DNA of 64,000 nucleotides, taken from Candidatus Multivoradales bacterium (GTDB taxonomy: Bacteria > Acidobacteriota > Thermoanaerobaculia > Multivoradales > JAHEKO01). Under the pieces are notes generated by a model. The model was not told where the DNA came from. It ran no database searches and saw only the letters and a list, made by a program, of their open reading frames with translations. The stretch covers positions 2,528,001 to 2,592,000 of the forward strand of contig CBDCXM010000009.1 of NCBI GenBank assembly GCA_965223855.1. The letters run 5' to 3'. Made by a program: the position numbers and the translations under genes. Shown here piece after piece: positions 56,478-64,000 of this stretch (the stretch's first letter is position 1; the number at the start of each line of letters is the position of its first letter).

Positions 56478-57386
56478 TCAGTGGGACGAGGCGTAGCTCT
56501 TCTCGCCGGCCTCGATCCGCAGATCGAGCCGGTTTTGCGGCGGCGGCAGGGGGCAGGTCGCGAAGGCGGTGAAGGCGCAGGGAGGGTTGTAGGCCCGGTT
56601 GAAGTCGATCGTCACCCGCCCCTCGTCGTCCGGTGCCGGCGTGTAGAGGTAGCGCCCGGCGCCGTAGGTTTCGTGACCGCTCGTGGCGTCGCCGAAGATG
56701 ATGAACAGTTCCTCGTCGCCCGGCTCCGCGAGCACGTCGAGGCGATAGGCGGCGTCGCCGACCTGGAACTCGAGGGCGCCCCAACTCGTCGCATCGTTCA
56801 CCTGCCCCAGGACGTTGGCGACCGGGATCTGCCTGGGTGGCTCGTACGCGACGAAGCGGGCCTGCAGCCGCCAGTCCAGTGAGACCGGGAAGGAGTCGAT
56901 GCCGGTGAAGGCCCGGCGGGCGGAGTGCTCGCGATCGCGGCCTCTGAGCCACAGGACGCCGCCCCTTTCGATCACGTGGTAGTTGAGAGTGCCGATCTCG
57001 ACGAGAGTGGGATCGCCATCGACGTCGGAGCGAAGCGGGGTGGACTCGATCCGGTCACCGTCGATCGTCACCTCGACGCCGGGCGCGACTTCCAGGTACA
57101 GGCCGTCGGCTCCGACGGTGAGAACGCCGAGCCTGGAGGGCGCCGCCTCGGTGAGCCGGATGCTCGAATCCTCTGCGGAACCGAGGATCTGTCTACCCGG
57201 CTCGAGCCGGTGCAGGCCGGTCAGGGTGAGCCAGCCGGTGTCTCGGGTCAGCGCGGCGATCCTTCGGTCACGCCACTGCTCGACCTCCTGCCTGTGGAGC
57301 TCCTCCTCCCCCTGGGCTGCGAGGGCTCCGGGAAGCAGGAAGGCTGCGGCGATGGCGAACGTCGAGCAGGCGGTTGCGCGGTTCAT
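56478..57386 (-). CDS. DUF1684 family protein
   Basis: GWLTLTGL, F.D.TSG.ETYGAGRYL, DFNRAYNPPCAF and CPLPP..N...AGEK; signal peptide. Confidence 0.9.
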   Translation of the reverse strand: MNRATACSTFAIAAAFLLPGALAAQGEEELHRQEVEQWRDRRIAALTRDTGWLTLTGLHRLEPGRQILGSAEDSSIRLTEAAPSRLGVLTVGADGLYLEVAPGVEVTIDGDRIESTPLRSDVDGDPTLVEIGTLNYHVIERGGVLWLRGRDREHSARRAFTGIDSFPVSLDWRLQARFVAYEPPRQIPVANVLGQVNDATSWGALEFQVGDAAYRLDVLAEPGDEELFIIFGDATSGHETYGAGRYLYTPAPDDEGRVTIDFNRAYNPPCAFTAFATCPLPPPQNRLDLRIEAGEKSYASSH

Positions 57387-57422
57387 GACTCGAGATTGTA
57401 GGCCGCAGTAAGATCCGCCCGC

Positions 57423-59339
57423 ATGTCCGACGATCGTCACTCCCGCAGACCGCCCTCCGACGGAGGGATGATCGACCTGCCTCTCGGGTCCGACGCCGCG
57501 CCTGCCCCCGAGCCCCCTTCGGCTCCGAGCGACAGGCCGCCTGAGGAGCCGGGATTTCACGTTCCGGGAGCGACTCCGCGACATGAGCGGACCGACCGCC
57601 CTCCCGCGGGGGACGTGCTCCGTGGCCGGGCGCAACAGCGGCGACGTCGGAAGTTCCCCTGGTTGTGGATCGTACTGCTGCTGATCCTCGCCGCGGTGGG
57701 TTACTGGATGTTGCTGCGTCCGCCGGAACTCGTCGTGGCTCCGGTGGCGCTCGACTTCGGCACGGCGCGCGTAGGGGACACGGGTGAGTCCCAGCGCCTC
57801 GAGATTGCCAACGGCGGTCGACGGGAGTTGATTCTGGCGGAGGTGGTGTCGGACTCGGAGTCTTTCGTCGTCGAAGCGACGCCGTGTCTCGGCCTGCCGC
57901 TGGCTGCTCGCCAGGGCTGTGGCTTCGAGGTCTCGTTCCGCCCGCAGGAGGCCGGCCCGCAAACGGCGCAGGTGACGTTCGATTCGAACGCCTGGGGCCG
58001 GGTTCCCCTCGTGACTCTCACGGGTACCGGTCAGGCGCCGTCTCTGGCCTCGACGCCGGCCGAGGTCGATTTCGGCCGCATCGGTGTCGGCAAGGAGGGA
58101 GAGGGTGTGACGCTGACCTTCACGAACCGGGGGTCGGCGACGCTCAACCTGGAGCGGGTGGCGATCGAAGGGGAGGACCGGGGGTTCGCCTGGCTTGCCA
58201 ACTCGTGCTCTCGCAAGGAGCTGGCTCCCGGCGAAGGTTGTGAAGTGCGGCTGGGCTTCCGACCGCGCGAGACAGGGCGCTTCGAGGGGACACTGAGGGT
58301 CTGGAGCGACGCTCCGGAAGATCCCCGGATCCCGGTCCGGGGCGTCGGCGTGGCTCCCGGTCTGTTCGTCGACCCAGACAGCCTGGCGTTCGGCGAGTTC
58401 AGCCCCTCCAGCCTGCCCTCGGGTGGCGCGACCGAGGCGAGGAGCCTGACCATCGAGAACACGGGCAACGCGCCGCTCGAGATCGAGCGGGTCGAGGTCA
58501 CGGGAGGCGACGCGGCAGCCTTCTCCGTAGCCGGGAACCAGTGCGAGGGAGCGACCCTGGCTCCCGGCGAGCGCTGTCAGGTCGGCGTGACGTACCGGCC
58601 CGGGGCGCCGGCGCGGCATCGGGCGACGTTGCGAGTCCGCTCTCCGTCGGTGCAGCGCCGTACGGAGGTTGCGCTGAGTGGCGCGCTCCTGGCGCCGCGA
58701 ATCCGGCTGTCCACCAACGAGCTCGACTTCGGTCAGGTGGTGCAGTACGGCACCAACGAGCTCGAACTCACCATCGCCAACGGTGGCTCCGCGGCGCTGG
58801 CTCTTCGGGACCTGCGCCTGTCGGCCGGTGGCGAGTTCGGCATCGCGCGCAACGACTGCTCCCAGCAGGTCGCTCCCGGCGCGAGCTGTACCCTGCGGCT
58901 GCGCTTCTCTCCCAGTCGGGTAGGGGAGAGCGACGGCAGGCTGGCGATCGACCACAACGCCGGGGGCACCACCACGGTCGCGCTCCGGGGGCGCGCTGCA
59001 GCGCTCCCGGCTCCCGCGGCGCGAGTCGAGCCGTCGACAGTGAGCTTCGAGCCGCTGCCGGTCGGTGACCGGAGCGACATCCGCACGGTCCGGCTGCTGA
59101 GCACCGGTGCCGCGCGGCTGCCGTTGGGAGACGTTTCGATCACCGGGGCGCAGGCAGGGGACTTCCGGATCGTCCCGGCCTCGTGCGCCGGCCTCGACTC
59201 GCTGCTGCCGGACAGCGACTGCACCGTCGGGGTCAGCTTCCGCCCGGGTGGTGCCGGCACCCGCAGGGCGACCCTCGTTCTGCGTCATGGCGCCGCAGGC
59301 GGGCGCTCCGAAGTGAATCTCAGCGGCGAAGGCTACTGA
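57423..59339 (+). CDS. Bitopic membrane protein with five choice-of-anchor D / ASH (HYDIN-like) Ig domains
   Basis: Repeats of P..LDFG....G.......I.N.G...L, C....L.PG..C...V.F.P...G...L.G.G; one TM after a Pro-rich N-terminus. Confidence 0.85.
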   Translation: MSDDRHSRRPPSDGGMIDLPLGSDAAPAPEPPSAPSDRPPEEPGFHVPGATPRHERTDRPPAGDVLRGRAQQRRRRKFPWLWIVLLLILAAVGYWMLLRPPELVVAPVALDFGTARVGDTGESQRLEIANGGRRELILAEVVSDSESFVVEATPCLGLPLAARQGCGFEVSFRPQEAGPQTAQVTFDSNAWGRVPLVTLTGTGQAPSLASTPAEVDFGRIGVGKEGEGVTLTFTNRGSATLNLERVAIEGEDRGFAWLANSCSRKELAPGEGCEVRLGFRPRETGRFEGTLRVWSDAPEDPRIPVRGVGVAPGLFVDPDSLAFGEFSPSSLPSGGATEARSLTIENTGNAPLEIERVEVTGGDAAAFSVAGNQCEGATLAPGERCQVGVTYRPGAPARHRATLRVRSPSVQRRTEVALSGALLAPRIRLSTNELDFGQVVQYGTNELELTIANGGSAALALRDLRLSAGGEFGIARNDCSQQVAPGASCTLRLRFSPSRVGESDGRLAIDHNAGGTTTVALRGRAAALPAPAARVEPSTVSFEPLPVGDRSDIRTVRLLSTGAARLPLGDVSITGAQAGDFRIVPASCAGLDSLLPDSDCTVGVSFRPGGAGTRRATLVLRHGAAGGRSEVNLSGEGY

Positions 59340-59366
59340 AGCGCTGCTGTCGAGGAGGAAACAGTG

Positions 59367-59912
59367 ATGAACGTCAGACAGTTGCGCCATCCCATGGTTG
59401 CGCTCTTCGTCGTGCTTGCGGCGGCCTCCGGGGTTGCAGGCCAGGAATCCCAGCCGGGTCCGGAGGCTCGGCTCGAGGCGCTCGGCCTGGAACTGCCGGA
59501 ACTCTCCGCTCCGGTCGCCAACTATGTGCGTGCGGTCTCGACCGGCGACCTGGTCTTTCTCGCCGGGCACGGTCCGGCACGCCCGGAAGGAGGCTACGTC
59601 ACCGGCAAGGTCGGTGCCGACCTGACCGTGGAAGAAGGGCAGGCCGCTGCACGCCTGACCGGGCTCGCGCTGCTGGCTTCGCTCAGGGCCGAGATCGGCT
59701 CGCTCGATCGGGTCACGAGGATCGTCAAGGTCCTCGGTATGGTCAACTCCGACCCCGCGTTCACCGACCAGCACCTGGTGATGAACGGCTTCTCCGACCT
59801 GATGGTCGAGATCTTCGGCGATCGCGGCAAGCACGCCCGCTCCGCGGTCGGCATGGCGTCCTTGCCGATCGGCCTGGCGGTCGAGATCGAGATGATCGTC
59901 GAGGTGGAGTAG
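59367..59912 (+). CDS. RidA/YjgF family protein with N-terminal signal-like extension
   Basis: PVANYV, GHGP, KVLGMVN, NGFSDL and GKHARSAVG...LP....VEIE. Confidence 0.88.
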   Translation: MNVRQLRHPMVALFVVLAAASGVAGQESQPGPEARLEALGLELPELSAPVANYVRAVSTGDLVFLAGHGPARPEGGYVTGKVGADLTVEEGQAAARLTGLALLASLRAEIGSLDRVTRIVKVLGMVNSDPAFTDQHLVMNGFSDLMVEIFGDRGKHARSAVGMASLPIGLAVEIEMIVEVE

Positions 59913-59940
59913 GTCGGGCGGTCCGGCGGTCGCGGTCGTC

Positions 59941-61563
59941 TCAGGGGTGACCGGCCGCTGCGGCCTCGTCGCGCAGTTCGCGGAAACGCGGCTCGAACTC
60001 CTCGACCGCCAGGTAGGTGTGTCGATCGATGCGATCCTCGAGGTCGAAGACCAGGGTGTGACGCCGATGGCGCAGCTGGAAAGACCACGGGAAGACGATC
60101 AGCTCCTCGTCACTCCCGCGCACCAGCGACAGGCGGCGGCTCTCGACCGCGGACGAGTTTCCGCGGTTGTCGAGGGCTGCGACCCGCAGGATCACCTCGG
60201 CGACCTGGCGGCCGTCGACCTCGAGCCAGCCGAGTCGCGCCGGGTCGATGGTGACCAGCGCCGAAGCCTCCACCAGTCCGCGCCGGAGTCGCCGCGGCAA
60301 CGTCACCTCGACGGCGAAGCCTTCTTCGTCACCCGCGTCGCGCCATAGTGCGTTGAGGACGTCGAGCTGCCGGTCCTGCTCGTCACTGATCGGGACCGCG
60401 GTCTCCTGAGAGCGGACCTCGAGCCCCTCACGCAACACCTCGATTCGAACCTCCAGCCGTCGGTCGCCTCGCTCCTCGGGTGGCGGCACTGCCAGGGAGT
60501 AGTACGAACTCGTGTCCTCGACGGCTGTCGCCAGAAGCGTGGCACGCTCACCGTTGAGCATGCTGAGGCCGCCGGTGAGTCGGGCGAGTTCGCCGAGCAC
60601 CGCATGGAGCCGCTTCTCGCGGTTCCAGTCGAAGTCGAGGTCGGTGCCTTCGACGTCGATGGCGTAGATCGCATAACCGAGGAGGTTGGCGGTGTCGGTG
60701 AGGACGTTGTAGACGCTCGCCCCCTGGCACCACCCCGTGACGCACCAGTCCGAGAAGCGGCCCGCCCGCTGAAGCTCCACCGGATCCCACGAGCCGGCGA
60801 CCAGCAGCAGGGCACGCCTCCCCTCGGGCACGTCGAGCCGGCGCAGGGCGCCGGCGGCGGCGAGCACCGAGCGGCGCGTGTCGTTGCCCTCCCAGTTGGC
60901 GACGAAGTCGCGCATCCGCCGAAGCGCTACGTACTTGATGCCCCACGCTTCCTCGGTCATCGCCCGGTCGATCGCCGCCTCGAGCTGCGCACGGTCGTCG
61001 GTCCAGTCGGCGAGAATCCGCATCTTGCGCTCCTCTCCGAGTCGTACGACCGCCATCGAGTCGCCGGGGCGCATCAGCGCGAGATCGTCGCGCAGCCGCT
61101 GCAGCACGAAGTCGCGGTTGCGCGCCAGCGTCATCAGGTCGTCGATGAAGACCAGATAGTGAGTCGGTTGAGGCGGCGGTGCCTCGACTCCGTCCGCGGC
61201 CACGGTCGCCGGCTCTGTGGGCGAGAGGGCAGAACGCACCTCCTCGAAGAGCTCGATCGGTCGCTCCGTGTCGCCGACGAAGACCCGGAAGTCGTCAGCG
61301 GAGAGCCCGTAGACACGTTCGCCGTCGCCGTCGGTGACGACCGCCTGGAGCTCGAGCAGCTCGACGTCGACGGTCGCTCCGAAGTTGCGCTGGTATGGAG
61401 CGGGAGGTTCTGAAGCCGAGCCTGCTGGCGTGTCGCACTGAAGCGCCGGCGCCAGGAACGCCGCGGCGACGGCACACACCACAATCGGGAGCTGCGGACA
61501 CCTCTTCAGAGTCTCTCTCCTTGCCTGAGGTCTTTTCTGCTGGAACCCGCTGGGAGCTGCCAT
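59941..61563 (-). CDS. Acidobacterial-type VWA domain protein
   Basis: F...VDVELLEL..VVTD..G..V.GL..DDF.V, VFIDD, LA..TGG and SYYSL. Start uncertain (about 61484-61563). Confidence 0.75.
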   Translation of the reverse strand: MAAPSGFQQKRPQARRETLKRCPQLPIVVCAVAAAFLAPALQCDTPAGSASEPPAPYQRNFGATVDVELLELQAVVTDGDGERVYGLSADDFRVFVGDTERPIELFEEVRSALSPTEPATVAADGVEAPPPQPTHYLVFIDDLMTLARNRDFVLQRLRDDLALMRPGDSMAVVRLGEERKMRILADWTDDRAQLEAAIDRAMTEEAWGIKYVALRRMRDFVANWEGNDTRRSVLAAAGALRRLDVPEGRRALLLVAGSWDPVELQRAGRFSDWCVTGWCQGASVYNVLTDTANLLGYAIYAIDVEGTDLDFDWNREKRLHAVLGELARLTGGLSMLNGERATLLATAVEDTSSYYSLAVPPPEERGDRRLEVRIEVLREGLEVRSQETAVPISDEQDRQLDVLNALWRDAGDEEGFAVEVTLPRRLRRGLVEASALVTIDPARLGWLEVDGRQVAEVILRVAALDNRGNSSAVESRRLSLVRGSDEELIVFPWSFQLRHRRHTLVFDLEDRIDRHTYLAVEEFEPRFRELRDEAAAAGHP

Positions 61564-61629
61564 TGTTCCCTGCTGGTAGGCTGCCGTCGAGTCCTGAACC
61601 TGGATAGCTGGTCTTCGAGGAGGGTTGCC

Positions 61630-62997
61630 ATGTTGCGCCGACCGACAGATTCCCGCTCGCTTCCCGGAGTGCTGACAGCGCTCGCGATCCTTCTTCTCAG
61701 TGCGCCGGCGGCTCGATCCGACGGGCCTCTCAAGGCGTTGGTCGGCGGCACGTTGATCGACGGCTGGGGGTCTACTCCGCTTCAGGACAGCGTCGTCCTG
61801 ATCGAAGGGGAGCGCATCTCCGCCGTCGGCACCGTCGAGACGCTCGCCGTGCCGGATGACGCCGAGGTGATCTCCACCGAGGGGATGACGGTACTCCCGG
61901 GCCTGTGGGACATGCACGTCCATCTGATGATCAACGGCCACGCCGACTACGACCACTGGGACGACACGTATCCGCCGCTTTTCGAGAGCGTCATCATGCC
62001 GTCGTCGGCGCACCAGCTGCTGATGGCCGGGGTGACGAGCGCTCGCGACCTCGGGGCGCCGCTCGAGGCGTCGATCAACGTCCGCGACGCCATCAACCGC
62101 GGAGAGATCCCGGGGCCGACGATGTACATGTCAGGGCCGTTCCTGCAGCACCGCCCGTACCCCGGCACGGAGCAGTTCCGCTGGGGCGTCGACGGGGTCG
62201 AGGACGCACGGGCCAAGGTGCGGAAACTCGCGGAGGCGGGTGTCGACGTCATCAAACTGATCGATCAGGACCAGATGACGATGGAGGAGGTCCATGCCGT
62301 CGTTGATGAGGCGCACAAGCACGACCTGCCGGTGGCGGCGCACAGCCATCGCCCGGAGGAGATCCGCCGAGGCCTCGCTGCCGGCGTCGATTGCTTCGAG
62401 CACACCGGGCTCTCGACCGCGCCCGGCTACCCGGAGGACGTCCTGCGGCTGATCGAGGAGCGCACGGCGCAGATGAACCGCGGTCCGCTCTTCTGGACGC
62501 CGACCGTCGAGGGCCTCTACAACTACGAGTACGTCCGCGATCACCCCGAGAAGCTCGACACGACGGACTGGCACCTCGGATTGCCGGAAGACATCATTGC
62601 CGACATCCGGCAGTCGTTCGCCAAACCGGAGCGACTCGGCTACTTCCAGATCACGCCGCTACGCAGGCCGACCCTCAAGACCAAGATCGATCAGCTCCGG
62701 CGTGCCGGAGTGAAGCTCCTCGTCGGCACCGACAGCGGAATTCCGATGAAGTTCCACATCCAGTCGACCTGGAACGAGCTCGACATCTGGGTGCGGGTGA
62801 TGGGGATTCCGCCGATGGAGGCGATCCAGGCGGCGACCTACTGGCCGGCGGTGCACATGGGAGTCGCCGACGACTACGGCACGGTGAGCGAAGGGAAGTA
62901 CGCCGACATCATCGCCGTCAAGGGCGATGTCCTGCGGTACATCAACCTTCTGCAGCGCGTCGACATCGTGGTGAAGCACGGCCGCCGCGTGAAGTAG
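61630..62997 (+). CDS. Amidohydrolase family protein (exported)
   Basis: PGLWDMHVH, GVTSARDLG, IKL, AAHSH, FEH, GTDSG and GKYADII. Confidence 0.9.
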   Translation: MLRRPTDSRSLPGVLTALAILLLSAPAARSDGPLKALVGGTLIDGWGSTPLQDSVVLIEGERISAVGTVETLAVPDDAEVISTEGMTVLPGLWDMHVHLMINGHADYDHWDDTYPPLFESVIMPSSAHQLLMAGVTSARDLGAPLEASINVRDAINRGEIPGPTMYMSGPFLQHRPYPGTEQFRWGVDGVEDARAKVRKLAEAGVDVIKLIDQDQMTMEEVHAVVDEAHKHDLPVAAHSHRPEEIRRGLAAGVDCFEHTGLSTAPGYPEDVLRLIEERTAQMNRGPLFWTPTVEGLYNYEYVRDHPEKLDTTDWHLGLPEDIIADIRQSFAKPERLGYFQITPLRRPTLKTKIDQLRRAGVKLLVGTDSGIPMKFHIQSTWNELDIWVRVMGIPPMEAIQAATYWPAVHMGVADDYGTVSEGKYADIIAVKGDVLRYINLLQRVDIVVKHGRRVK

Positions 62998-63000
62998 GCA

Positions 63001-63033
63001 AGAAAAAGGACCGCCACCTGCGGGTGGCGGTCC
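63001..63033 (-). terminator. Terminator between convergent genes
   Basis: GGACCGCCACC-TGCG-GGTGGCGGTCC with a minus-strand TTTTTCT tail. Confidence 0.8.
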
Positions 63034-63055
63034 CTCGAGCTTCGATATTCGGGAA

Positions 63056-63709
63056 CTACTCGTCGTCGATCGAGAACTCGGTCAGCTCCACGGGCACCAT
63101 CATGACCGTGAAGTTGGGGCCGTAGCGGCCGTTGTTGCCGGCGGAGTCTTCGGTCGGGAAGACGAAACCGAGATCGCCCACGGACGGGAAGACGCCGTTG
63201 AGCACGGTGATGTCGGGGTCCGTCACCACGGAGGTCGGGCCGGAAACGTAGCCGTCACCGTCGGTGGCGGTGTAGAGCATGCCGGCCGTGTAGGTGGTGC
63301 CCGGGTTGAGCGTGATCGGCGTGATCGACTCGTAGCGCCAGTCGCCATTCGTCGGGCTCGTCGGGGTGACGGTCACCGACGCGAGGAGCGTCTGAGTGTC
63401 GTCCCAGATGCCGACCTGATGGCTCGAGTCGAGCACCGGGTTCTGCGTCGTGGTGCCGGCGCCCGGATTGTCTTCCGAGGTGAGGGGAGTCGTGGTGTCG
63501 GCGTTCCAGGCGCCGAGCGAGTCGACCGTCAGGGGCGATGAGACGGTGAAGCGGTAGCCGACGACGTCGCCGGTCGAGCCGCCGTAGAAGATCACGAACT
63601 CTGTGCCGCCCGAGAACGACGTGATGGCGGGCGACTGGGCGTGTGCCACTCCGGCCACCGAGACGACGAGGAGCGCTGTGAGCGCCCACATGGTGAGATT
63701 CGACTTCAT
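63056..63709 (-). CDS. Secreted DUF4082-like domain protein ending VPVELTEFSIDDE
   Basis: Signal peptide (AHA-Q); VGYRFTV...VDSLG.W, HQVGIWD, LLASVTV, WRY..ITPITL.PG.TY and GPNF; GAGG RBS. Confidence 0.8.
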   Translation of the reverse strand: MKSNLTMWALTALLVVSVAGVAHAQSPAITSFSGGTEFVIFYGGSTGDVVGYRFTVSSPLTVDSLGAWNADTTTPLTSEDNPGAGTTTQNPVLDSSHQVGIWDDTQTLLASVTVTPTSPTNGDWRYESITPITLNPGTTYTAGMLYTATDGDGYVSGPTSVVTDPDITVLNGVFPSVGDLGFVFPTEDSAGNNGRYGPNFTVMMVPVELTEFSIDDE

Positions 63710-63783
63710 GGATTCCTCTCTTCTGTTGTTGTTGGGGACCGAAGGCAAGTATAGCAACCTTCAGGGGGCTGGACGTTCGGGGG

Positions 63784-64000
63784 TCAGGGGACCGTCGCCG
63801 ACCAGGCGCCTGTGTCCCCCGATTCGAAGCCGTCGGAGAACACCTCGGGGCCTTCGAGCCGGTAGAGCGTGCCGCCGTTGCTGAGGTAGAGCTCGCCGGC
63901 GCTGTCCTCGCCGAAGCTGGTGACCGCCGGAAGGTCGATGTCGAGCAGTTGGGGCGTCCAGTTGCCGCTCGCCTCGGCCGCGGCCCAGAGGTTCCCCGTG
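63784..64000 (-). CDS. 3' end of a GSDH/PQQ sugar-dehydrogenase-type beta-propeller ending VFSDGFESGDTGAWSATVP (5' part outside window)
   Basis: Manual translation: ...TGNLWAAAEASGNWTPQLLDIDLPAVTSFGEDSAGELYLSNGGTLYRLEGPEVFSDGFESGDTGAWSATVP*. Confidence 0.75.
   Translation of the reverse strand, partial: TGNLWAAAEASGNWTPQLLDIDLPAVTSFGEDSAGELYLSNGGTLYRLEGPEVFSDGFESGDTGAWSATVP

Noticed and set aside
63784-63860. Possible frameshift before the FSDGFE tail of the last gene
   Set aside because: Re-reading shows the tail is in frame (...RLEGPEVFSDGFE...).

Overview
High-GC bacterial chromosomal DNA. The gene repertoire (acidobacterial-type VWA and GWxTD-like proteins, secreted proteins ending in xFSDGFESGD..AWS) suggests Acidobacteriota, probably Thermoanaerobaculia; this assignment is an inference. 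The window holds about 55 genes: a TM0106-type nuclease-helicase, the yceD-rpmF-plsX-fabH-fabD-fabG-acpP-fabF operon, a split imuA-imuB/SRAP/dnaE2 mutagenesis locus, gcvP, HU, a cold-shock protein, several transporters, an ExeA/GspB pair and many secreted or envelope proteins. I saw no rRNA, tRNA, CRISPR array, transposase or integrase. Main leads: (1) the direct repeat GCGTAAAT-N3-GCGTAAAT overlaps sigma70-type promoters of both imuA and dnaE2, making it a candidate non-canonical SOS operator; (2) two short C-terminal tails, VPVEL[MT]EF and [IV]FSDGFESGDT[SG]AWSAT[LV]P, are each shared by two unrelated proteins and behave like sorting or anchoring signals; (3) a ThiS-like beta-grasp domain lacking the C-terminal GG is fused to an outer-membrane beta-barrel. 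All calls come from reading the sequence and translations by eye; no searches were run.
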